Under the pieces are notes generated by a model that was not told where the DNA came from, searched no databases, and saw nothing but the letters and a program-made list of their open reading frames with translations. This document shows, one piece after another, positions 9,192 to 20,312 of a DNA stretch of 64,000 nucleotides. The DNA is from Macrostomum lignano (lineage: Eukaryota): NCBI GenBank assembly GCA_002269645.1, contig NIVC01001498.1:124001-188000 (forward strand), given 5' to 3'. Position numbers and translations under genes: made by a program. Each line of letters starts with the position of its first letter. The stretch's first letter is position 1.

Positions 9192-11175
9192 ATCTTCTTT
9201 TATAAACATAACTCTGATACACAAAAGTGCAAAGTCATTTACAAACAGAGCAACCATTCTTTTTGTTTTGCTTGATTAATACTATTGTTTGTTTAGTCGA
9301 CGTTTCGAAAAGACATAGACAGCTAAGACTGCGGCATCTTCCGCGTCATTACTATTAATAAAAATGTCTAAGTACAAAGTAAGTTAAAAGCTGCTTAATG
9401 CGAAATCTGAAGTGCACATCATGCTCTTGACTGCGTAAAACAAGATATTCAAAAACAATAGAAGAATCTCAGAAAATGAGGGTCTTATTAATTAATTCAT
9501 GCAACTAGTCGATCTTAGAGTAGAATCGAAGAATTATTAAAGCAAAATTCCCGAGGCTATAGAAGAGATTAATAAAGACTGACTATTTTTCACCCCGTTA
9601 CTTCTAGAGACAACTTTCACAAAAAAAGTTCGCAACTACCTGCCTAGTATCGACCTTAGAAAACAGGGATTGTAAGGTAACATTCTGGATTTTAATTCGT
9701 GCCAAGCAATAAGGAGTGGTATATATTACACAGAATTTAATTTCCTGTGTTATTGGAAAGTTGGCTTTGCTTTTGCTCAAGAAAAGTAAAACGGAAGACA
9801 AAGGGAGACAATATTCTATGCTCGCAAGGAAGAAGAGCTCAACAGGAACAGAAATTGGTTTCACAAGATTCTAAGAATTGCTACGCACGTAGGAATTTGA
9901 CAATTTCAGGTTTAAGGAATTATGGTTTAGGATAGCAAAATACCTTAATGACAGACTCCTAAATCTACGCTTTGATTGGAAAGGGACGAGGTTCTTGATC
10001 TAAAAAACTATTTTCTTAAGTTGACAAATAAATAAATCAAACGAACAATTCGCGCAAAAAATAACATGTAGCACATTTGCGCGTCTCCATTTATATTTGA
10101 CATGATAGCCGCATGAGAGCCACACGTAGGAATTACGTGTTACGAGGAATTAAACAGTTCCTCACGGTTGCGCTGCTAGAAATCAAATTAATTTTGTCGG
10201 ACAATTGCTTTTCTACTGAGATTGACATCAACAAAATAGGGATTTGTTCTGTAAATAAATTGAAGTACGTTCAAATAAACACGAACTATGTATAACAAAA
10301 TCCAGCCCCAATTAAGTACGTTCGATAAGAAAAATAAATATAATCGAATGAGATGACAGATTACTCAGCAGCGTAATCATTTTGATATTGTTTTTTTTAA
10401 AACATGAGACAAACGGCCCAAAACAGATTAAATAATTTTGATAATCGCTCTCATCGCATATAGTCGGAGAAAAAACGATCAAGACAACGAATTGAACACA
10501 TTTTAGCAGCTCAAGCTCACACTTTATAGTTAATATATATATCAATACTGTACTGGCACTAATAAAAACAAAAAGATTAAGAGAAGGGATAAAAGTACAA
10601 AATCAAAAAACGCAAACCCAAGAAAAGAAAAAGAACCGCTATCTGATTCGAATGTATCGAATTTTCAGAAATGGATTTAGGAAGCATATGTTACTTCATC
10701 TTGGTTATACATCATATTATAATAGACTTAGTTACAAAGTATTATACGCAGAACAAACGATGAGTTCATTCAAAGCTATAATCGTTGTCAATTTTGCATT
10801 AGATTTCATTATGCAAAACAATTACAGCAAAATTAAGAATCTATACAAAAATCTTGACGCTGTCGAAAGAAAATAACGATAATCAATAGAAAGATAATGC
10901 ACATATATGCTCGTTTTCAATAGTTATCCGAATCCAGGTGTCAGTACAGGATAAAAGATCCACAATCAAAGTTTTAGTGCGAGGAAAAACAATTCAACTC
11001 ATGGTTTTAATGCGCCATCGCATTCGATCACAACTGTTTGATACTTTCAGTTTTGCTCCAAGACTCTGTACTTTTAATTTAAGTCTTCTAACTGCTTATC
11101 TACGTGGTAATAATAACTAAGTTCGATTATAACAACTGACAAGAATCGATGAGCCAAAAAAATGAAAACATTCAT

Positions 11176-12717
11176 TCAAACAGATCTGCAATGCTCGCAA
11201 CTGTCCATCTCTAAGACATGCGGCTCAACTTGAAGAGTCACGTCCGACATTTGAAAAATCTTCTTAGACAGCTCCGTCGCCTTGACAACAAGATTGTCGC
11301 GTTGCACTACGCCGCAATTGGAGTTAACAACTAGATGAGCGCTGGCCACATTGCGGCCAAGAGTCAGACTCCAAACTCGAAGGCTGTGCACTTGAATCAC
11401 GCAGGGTAGCGCAGCCAGAGCGGCTCGGAACTTGGCCACATCGATGCCCTGGGGAGTGGCCTCCAGCAGCACTCGGACAGTGTCCTTCAGTATGCTCACT
11501 GTAGTTCCCAACACTAGCAGCGAGAATACGAACGTGCATATCGGATCGGCCAGTTTATAATCCGGTTGATAGTAAATGATAAGAGCCGCTACTAATACAC
11601 CAATGCTTTGCAATAAGTCGCCAATAACGTGTATGAAGGCGGCGCGAACGTTCATATTGTTGTGAGCGTGATTGTGACCGAAACTGCTGCCAATGTGCTC
11701 GTGATGATGATCGTGCTCGCCGTGCTCCTGATGCTCATGATCGCCAGCATGATGCTCAGGACGCCTGCGTCTCCGTTGACAATCCCGTTCAACAATGCCA
11801 GCAGTGTCGGCTGCATCCACATCGACTGGTTCCGGCGGCTCTTCTTCATCGTCTTTATCAACCGTGGACTGGGAAGACGAATCCGCGGCGACAGCTGCGG
11901 GACCGTCAGCCTGACAATTCTGACGCTGCAATCCGTGCGAATGTCCGTGACCCTGGTGTAACAGCAACGCCATCAACATGTTGAATGCTACGCCAACACC
12001 TGCCGTGATTAGCATGGCTTCACCTTCGACTTCGAAATCTTTTTGGACAACCCGATGCACAGCCATATAGACTAGCACAGCTGTGACTATCCAAATCATC
12101 AGAACGGACACCAGAGCTCCAATCACTTCGGCTCGATACCAACCAAAACTCATTCTTCTACTAGGCCTCTTAGTGGCCAGGAACAGAGCTAATAAGCTGA
12201 TGAGAAAACTAGTCAGATCCGTTAACAGATGAGCAGCGTCAGTCATTATAGCCAAACTATTGGCTATAGCGCCGCCAATCACCTCTCCGATCATGAAGAC
12301 TAGACAGGCTACGGCTGCAATTACCAGGCGTCGGCGAGCAAGTTTCTGCGCGGCAATGTAACGAAATCGACGTTCAGTTTCGCCGCTATGACAATGCCGG
12401 GTACTGCTGGTGCTACAATCTAGACTGTTGGCCAGTTCGTCGCCAGGTTGACACTGGATTTGCAAACTGAACTGCATGTCAGATGACGACATGAGTGCTG
12501 GGGTAAGCGGTGGTTGCGGCTGCTGCTGCTCAGCCGCGTTCGATGCCTGTTGATGATGCTGGAAATGATGATGACGGAGATGTTGATATTGATGACGATG
12601 ATAGGTAGCCGATTGCGTAATCAGCAGCGGTGTTCGCTCATCGCCATCTGGCGCAGTATCAGCTGCTGGTGGATCCAAGTCTCTACTATCACCACCTAGC
12701 AGGTCATTGCTGTCCAT
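11176..12717 (-). CDS. SLC30A2: Cation diffusion facilitator zinc transporter (ZnT2/3/4/8 vesicular clade), single exon, 513 aa
   Basis: SLAIMTDAAHLLTD (TM2), NVRAAFIHVIGDLLQSIGV (TM5), ADPICT, His-rich loop, and C-terminal VHSLRVWSLT...TLQVE domain; the exact paralog is uncertain. Confidence 0.93.
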   Translation of the reverse strand: MDSNDLLGGDSRDLDPPAADTAPDGDERTPLLITQSATYHRHQYQHLRHHHFQHHQQASNAAEQQQPQPPLTPALMSSSDMQFSLQIQCQPGDELANSLDCSTSSTRHCHSGETERRFRYIAAQKLARRRLVIAAVACLVFMIGEVIGGAIANSLAIMTDAAHLLTDLTSFLISLLALFLATKRPSRRMSFGWYRAEVIGALVSVLMIWIVTAVLVYMAVHRVVQKDFEVEGEAMLITAGVGVAFNMLMALLLHQGHGHSHGLQRQNCQADGPAAVAADSSSQSTVDKDDEEEPPEPVDVDAADTAGIVERDCQRRRRRPEHHAGDHEHQEHGEHDHHHEHIGSSFGHNHAHNNMNVRAAFIHVIGDLLQSIGVLVAALIIYYQPDYKLADPICTFVFSLLVLGTTVSILKDTVRVLLEATPQGIDVAKFRAALAALPCVIQVHSLRVWSLTLGRNVASAHLVVNSNCGVVQRDNLVVKATELSKKIFQMSDVTLQVEPHVLEMDSCEHCRSV

Positions 12718-14427
12718 TGATCACACGTGGGGCCTTTTTAACTGCTTTTAAATAACCGTTGCAGGTTAGAGAAACAAAACATAAGAGACAGATCTACGTG
12801 AGGTCTAAAATAAAATTACACAGCAGAAGTTGAAAGCACGCGGACGGGATTGGCTAATACGCGAATTCCCCAATAGCGAGCCAATAAGCGCTGGCTGCTA
12901 AACTCAATCGAGATAAAACATTAGCTGCGATAATAAAGCAAGCGCCGCACAACACTAGTGACAGTTCCCAGAGGCATATGGTTAGGGACACACAGAGAGC
13001 TGACAATTCTTTGTAGATAAGAAATTATACAGAAGACAATAGAATCTAATATAATTTATTGTTAAATTGCAGGCACTGTTAGCACATCTATAATAAATAT
13101 TGCATTCAACTAACCATTAATGGTGAGCTAGTAAAATTTGGATTATATTTGTTATAGACTACTATTAACTTTGAAAAGTAGTAACAAAGAATTTTAAGCA
13201 CTGCAGACAAACAAGCAGTTCAAAAAGTGGCCCAGATGAAAAGCTGAAATGCAAAAATTGGACGCGACAATATCTATAACTTATTTATTCAATCTTTGAG
13301 AATTAAAGCTGCATTCAAAGTTGCAAACTAATCCAATTATATGGTATTAAAATTAGCACTAATCAAATCATGCAATCATATATGAGATAGCAAATCATTC
13401 CAGTATTTAGGCATATTGCAAAGCACAGAACTGACATGCAGATGCAATCATGGCATCTGAACTTTCAATCTGAGAATGCTACTTACAAATGATTGACTCA
13501 TTATTTAGTGAATTTTGATTTACTAGGTATGCAATACTAGGAATAATCAATATTAACTAGATTATAGTGTTGAAAAATTATTGATGTTACTGAATAACAC
13601 AATTAAAATTTTAACAAAAATGACACTTGTGAGTAAATAAGTTCGTAAGCATTGTTACAAGTTTAAATAAGATTTCTGCATATCATTAAAATGGCTGCTG
13701 TAGAAATATATATTTCATTTTATAGCTTAAATAAACATTCAAATAATTCTTATACAATAATGTCCAATTGCTTAGAAAAGGCTAATTACATAAATAAAAT
13801 ATAGTATACAAAACAGAAGTCATAAATTTTGCTATGAAGAATTCAATAGACCACATTTTATAATAAGCCTAGGCATTAACATATGATAGGCTAAAGAAAA
13901 AATGGAAAGGAAATTACTAATATTATAGTATTAAAATCTCTTTATTGAATATTTAATGTTGGTGTTATACTTTATTATATTGGTTTTAATGTTTCTATTT
14001 CATACATTGCACTTTCGGGGCATTTTTATGGCCTGTTTTATATAGCTGCAAGTTTTTTAAAAAACTTACAAAAAGTCATTGAAAAGAAAGATCCCATATA
14101 CTAAAAATGAGTTGTCTGTAAATATGAAATAGATTTCAGAAAAAAAGCTCAACTGATTTTCTTCAATTTAATGCTAAAAGTATTACTCAAGAATCCATAA
14201 TTTTTAGAAATACAAACAAAATAAAAATATGAGGGTAATTATAAAATAAAAATAAAATAAAAACAAAAAATAAAACAATAATGAAAGGTTGAGGTTTAAA
14301 ATTAACTAAATACCAAACTTTGATTCTATTTGACTACCCAACAAAACTCAACTCAAATACTTGATTAAACCCCCCAAAGTTTGGTCAAGTATTTGACTTG
14401 ACCAAAACCTAAGTTGTCTATGGTCTA

Positions 14428-14468
<41 letters not shown>

Positions 14469-15114
14469 TTATTGTAATAATAGACATTTTTAGACAGTAA
14501 AGTTAAAAACTTCAACTATAGAAATTTAGAACATTTACTAGCTACTTAGATTACTAAAATACTAGTATAATTACTTACATAATTACTAATAGTAGTATAT
14601 ACTTATTGTAATAATTACTTACAATGATAAAATTTGTAAAAGCTACTAATGTTTATATTGTTTATATAACAAAAAATGACTTATTATATTTATAGTTCAA
14701 AAATAGTTCAAAATATAGTTCATGTTATTTTTCTGATTTATTATTATTATAAATATTTAAAGAGAAAATAAAAATATAGTGTGTTAGGCACCAGTGCACT
14801 TTGTTTGCGAAAATATTTTTCTATTTAATTTAGCTAAACTAATAATTTTAGTTTTGTTTCCTTATTCCTAGGAATGCAAGGAACTGAACATGTAAAATGT
14901 TTGTTTGTTGGTTTGTTTGTTTGTTTATTCTAACAATAGGCTTTTAAAGACAATATCTAATATATTAAACATAGAAATGGGTTAAACACAGAAATTATCA
15001 ATTGATAAAAACTTAGAGAAAGTTAAGTTAAATTAAGTTGTAAAGTTAAAAACTTTAACTATAGAAATTTAGAACATTTACTAGCTCTACTTGTTCTCTA
15101 GTGGATGATTGCTA

Positions 15115-15305
15115 TTTAAGGATGGATACTTGCTATTAGGGGGATGCTTGCTTTCTGAGAGATGCTTGCTATCTGAGGGATACTTGCTATTGGGGGGATG
15201 TTTGCTATCTAGGGGATGCTTGCTATTGGGAGGATTCTTGCTATCTATGGGATGCTTGCTATTTGGGGATCAATGCTTGAATGCTGTCTGGGGATGCTTG
15301 CTGTC
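15115..15305. repeat. Degenerate ~17-18-bp minisatellite (GGGGATGCTTGCTAT core)
   Basis: About 10 imperfect copies of GGATGCTTGCTAT. Confidence 0.7.
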
Positions 15306-18300
15306 TTTGTTTTGTTTTTAGAGGGAATATCTGTTGTTTTTTATGAAGGCTTTATTTTGCTGTCTATTTATTATTTGTAAAGAATAAGGATTCTATCTAG
15401 ATGTCTCCCATTGGAGGGCGAAGATTGCTAGTCATTTTTCTAGGTTTTTTATTGTTCATTATCTACTAGGATGGAATTCTTGCACAAAAGTTATTATATG
15501 TTTGTGCATGCTTGCATGTATATATGTATATATGCTTGCACGCTAAAAAGGGCCCACTTGCATACTCTTAAAGAAGGTATGTGTATGCTTGTACACGCTT
15601 GCAAAAAATTTGCTTGTTGTAGAATCATATATAGGCTTTGACTTTTACATGCATATAACAGCTATATATACTCAAGTTCTTCTATTTTTCATAGTCCTGA
15701 AGGTTGTTTGCTAGAAAATTTGGATGAGAAAAACAGAATTAAAACAAAGAATAATAGTTTTTAGCAAAAACTCTTGCTTTAAAGTTTAGTAAAACTCTTA
15801 ATTTCTGAAAAGAAATTTTCTTGCTTTCAAGGTACTTTATTTTTGGCATATAATTATAATGTTTTTCATTTACATTGATACAGAATTGAAAAAAAACTAG
15901 AATTTTCATTTTGGCATATAAGGGTATGGGCCTACCAAACTATTATTATCTACATTATAGCTTACTTTTAACTGGTATGCATGTTAGCATTGTGCATTGT
16001 TCTAAGAATGCACATAGTACATTTTCCTTTTCCTAAGTAAGAATTCTATTCTGGACAATTTGTCATTTTTGCCTAATATCATAGTTTTAATTTTTTGTCT
16101 TATAATTTCTTTTATCTTTATTGCGCATCTATGGGATTTTGAAACTTATTTTTATAATCAATTATTCTAATAATAAGCAATTATTCTAAGCCTCAAATAT
16201 TTTATACTAGGCCTATGACTAATATCTAATATAATCAAGGGAAGAAGTAGGCCTATCTATCCATAGAGGTAGTAGAAACTTAGAAAAAACAAAAGGCAAT
16301 AGCCTACTAAGCACAATTTAATCAAACTATAAGTTGGCCCTTTCTTTGGCTTTGACCATTTGAATGCTCACCTCTATTTCAAAATCTATTAGGCCTACCT
16401 TAAGAAACTTTTTTAATTCCTAATTAATCTTTAATATTAGGCCTAGTCCTAAAACCTAGATCAAAAATTGAAAGTTTAACAAAATTCTTACTCTTATTAT
16501 TGTTAGGCCTACTATTGCTTTGTTGTTGTTGCCCCTACTAGTTAGTACTAGGTAACTAGGGGGCCTACTAGTTAAAGAAACAACTTTTATTATAACAAAA
16601 TAACAAAATACTAAATCTTTAAGATCTAACCAATATTTTAGTCTAGCCTACAGCCTGAATTAACATGCTAAGTACCTAATTAGTAATTAGATCTATTACA
16701 AGAGGAAAACAAATTTAGGACATTGCCATCCATTAGGCCTAGTAATTATCCAACACTCCAGATCATAATACACCCAAAAAATTCTGGTGACTGGTGTGAT
16801 GCATGCAATGGCCTTGTAGGCAAAAAGTTTGGGGCAAAATGATCTATATCTAATAGTAAAATATATTACAAAAATTTTGAAAATCGACTTGCACTTTTTT
16901 GTTAAAGACGAGCCTAATGTAATGACGTGTTTTAAATAGCTTAAAATTAAATAAGAATAAAGAAAGAAATCCTTACAAACTGTCTAATAAGAACTCAATT
17001 AGAATGAAATTTCACCCAGTTTTTTTTGTAATATGTTGTGGACCTATGCAACAAAAATGAATACATTCTAGCACTGCTGCTGTGGATTGAGATTCTGCTA
17101 GCATTCTCGGAAACCACCGGGTTTATGATGCGTTCGATTCGCCTAATATGGCTAAAAATTATTTTAAGTGCTTTTTTAATGAACAAAATACTTCTTAAAC
17201 TTATAGTCCTAAAAACACATATGTAACCACCTATCAAATTTTAGAATCAAATATTGTTATTTATTTTGTTTTACCGAGTACGTTAAAATAGACTTGCTAA
17301 AAATATCACTTCTGTCATTTGTAAGTTATTTTCAAGCCATTTGAAGCTACTCGAATGCGCCCTTTTATTTTTAATAGTTCTAAATTCAAAAAAATATTTT
17401 TTTACGAACCAAAATTTATATTCTAAACGTTTTCAGGCATAAATTCTGTCGTTAAACCAACAATCCATGCCTTATTAATTTGATTTGTTCTTCCTTTACA
17501 CAAACTTTATGGGAACCAATGGATTTTAGCTAAATAAAGCATTAAATAAAAAAATGCTATGGACAACTAACTCATGATCCACGCTGTGGTAAAAGCCACG
17601 CTTCATCAATTAAAATAAAACGGTATAAAGTCACAAAATGCAGTAATTGGGAAACTGGGGGAATCTTCTCGAACGAATTTCGCTTCTAATCCATATATAT
17701 TTACGAGTACGTGTACATATATTCAGGTCCCAGAGTTACGACATTCGACGACAGAAGGATCGATATTACGACGAAATTCACATGTATCAAAGCACAAAGT
17801 ACACTAAAACGGTGAGCCTCACTTACATTGCAGTGTACTCTTTGGGTCTGTCTAAGGTGCTGAATCAGATTTACATGTACTACTAATCGATTCTGTATTT
17901 TTTTATTTCTTTTCTACACGTACGTCCATTTACATGTACATGTGCAGTTGTAAAATGCTTAGTGTGCAAATTGTTCTCTGATATGCTTATTTCTATGTAT
18001 ACTGTAGCTCTCACTATCATCACTAATTCACTAATTACCAAAAGGCGACCTGTTTGCTCGATGGCAGGCATAAATAACATAAATAATTCTCTAAGATGAA
18101 TTCGAAATAGTCAATTTAAATTTTTTAATTTTTTTCAAAAGCGATTCTAAGCCTGTAAAGCAGTGTCGCACATCATAGTACACGCACGGCCGCAAGTTGT
18201 AAGCTCCACTATTTATTACATGCATACATGTATTTATAGTCGATAAAGAAAATTTGACTCTACTACATTAGAATATAATCAAACGACAGATGCTCATGAA

Positions 18301-19028
18301 TGCATATAAACACACAGAAGCTGAAACTATAGGAGTAATACAATATTAAAGCAAACACGGGACCATTTTCATAATTTTGTACACGGCACAAAATTGAGAG
18401 GCGAACAAAAACTGCCAGTTATTAATACGAGAATCAGACTGATAAAAAATAAAAGCAAAAGTAAGCAGAAAAGAACCCAGAAAAACACAGATTCGAGCAA
18501 CTCTTTCAATTCGACATAAAATGATAAGAACTTTAATTTCATAAAAATTTCGAGAGAAAGCCTACTGTTACTACTGATAAGCGCTACTTTGTTCAGTAGG
18601 ATGCCACCTATTTAACGCCTATTGCAACCATTTGCCAATTGTGCGATCAAAAGACTAAGTTTTTAATAATTTACAAACAGATTATTTGAAGTATAGACAA
18701 TACTGGCTTACACAGCGTCAAAGCCAGTGAAGGACATTAGGCGGCAATATACATGTATGAGTGACAGGTCGAAAAGCTGGCTAAAAAACATTCACACATA
18801 GCAACACATAGCACAAGTCATTAACGTTTATATAAGGCTTGGCGTATGTTTCAAACATGATTTTTAAAAAAAATCTTTTCCGCCAAGACTTAATCCTCTA
18901 CATATAGATTGTATTGGATACCGGTTAGACTAACGCTGTCTGACAATATGACAGTTTGAAGAACTCATAGGCTTGAACATACGAGATCAGTTAGGAAATA
19001 TACTCATAGCTTGTTATCTAGCTGCTTA

Positions 19029-19079
<51 letters not shown>

Positions 19080-19390
19080 GGCACAGACAGACACAAAGGC
19101 AGACACACTAAGGCAGACAGACAGGCACAGACAGGCAGACAGAGACAGACACAGACAGACAGACAGACAGACAGACACAGACAGACAGACAGGCAGACAG
19201 ACAGACACAGACAGACAGGCACAGACAGACAGACACAGACAGACAGACAGACAGACAGACACAGACAGACAGACAGACACAGACAGACAGACAGACAGAC
19301 AGGCACACAGACACAGACAGACAGGCAGACAGACAGGCAGACAGACAGACACAGACAGACAGACAGACAGACAGACACAGACAGACAGAC

Positions 19391-19437
<47 letters not shown>

Positions 19438-19548
19438 GGCAGACAGACAGACAGACAGACAGACAGGCAGACAGACAGGCACAGACAGACAGACACAGAC
19501 AGACAGGCACAGACAGACAGACAGACACAGACAGACAGACACAGACAG
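19029..19548. repeat. (GACA)n microsatellite with variant units, ~150 nt downstream of the PTK7-like stop codon (probable 3' UTR)
   Basis: Direct reading; accounts for the SVCL/TDRQ ORFs. Confidence 0.97.
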
Positions 19549-19700
19549 TCCCAAGACAGGAAAGACATTGTGCATACAATATCGCCAGTTGCCCGCAGCG
19601 CAGGCAGCAGCTGACCGATCATCATAAAAACTGATAAGCACAGTAACTGGCAGCCAGGCAAGCGGCAGCTGTCTGTCTCCTAGAAGCGGCAGCGCTTCTC

Positions 19701-20312
19701 TCACACGTCGGCCATATCCCTGGTGAGCTGCGACACCTCGGTCACAATCTGTCCGGCTGTTGGCCGTCTGTCCGCGGCCAGACTCCAGCACTTGTCTAGC
19801 ACAGGGGCCAGCTCAGTCGGACACGTGTCCGGTTGGTCCGGCCGAAATCCGGCCGCAGCCGAAACTGCCGCGGCCGACGAAGCGGCAGCCGCTGCGGCCG
19901 CGTTGGCAGCTGCGGCGAGCAGCTCGGAGTCGCTGAGTCGGGCGAACGGCCGCCGGCCCATGCCGAAGACTTCGCAGACGAGGACGCCGAAGGACCAGAC
20001 GTCCGTTTTGATGCCGAACTGGCCGTAGGCGGTGGCCTCCGGCGGCAGCCAGCGAATCGGCAGCAGGGTGCCCTGGCTGCTGCGGGCGTACTGACCGGTG
20101 AACCGGTCCAGACAGGGGCCCAGGTTGGTCAGCTTCAGGTTGTACTCCTGAGCGACTAGGACATTGCGACAGCCGATGTCGCCGTGAACGAAGCCGAGAC
20201 AGTGCATGTGCTCCAATGCCTGGGCTACTTGGAGGCACATTCGCACCAGGTGATCTTTGGATAAGTGCTCGCCATGCTTTTTAAGGCCGGTTAGTACTTC
20301 GAACAGGTTGTT
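19701..20312 (-). CDS. PTK7: PTK7-like last exon (kinase C-lobe, stop TGA)
   Basis: Acceptor GCGCAG|AAC; NNLFEVL...[11 protein letters not shown]...KLTNLG...[10 protein letters not shown]. Confidence 0.92.
   Translation of the reverse strand, partial: NNLFEVLTGLKKHGEHLSKDHLVRMCLQVAQALEHMHCLGFVHGDIGCRNVLVAQEYNLKLTNLGPCLDRFTGQYARSSQGTLLPIRWLPPEATAYGQFGIKTDVWSFGVLVCEVFGMGRRPFARLSDSELLAAAANAAAAAAASSAAAVSAAAGFRPDQPDTCPTELAPVLDKCWSLAADRRPTAGQIVTEVSQLTRDMADV

Noticed and set aside
9364-9960. ATG TCT AAG TAC AAA followed by a perfect GTAAGT donor, with exon-like fragments downstream
   Set aside because: I could not assemble a stop-free spliced product or recognise any domain.
12720-13100. Metal-response elements (TGCRCNC) upstream of the ZnT gene
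   Set aside because: None seen by eye; only CCAAT boxes are present.
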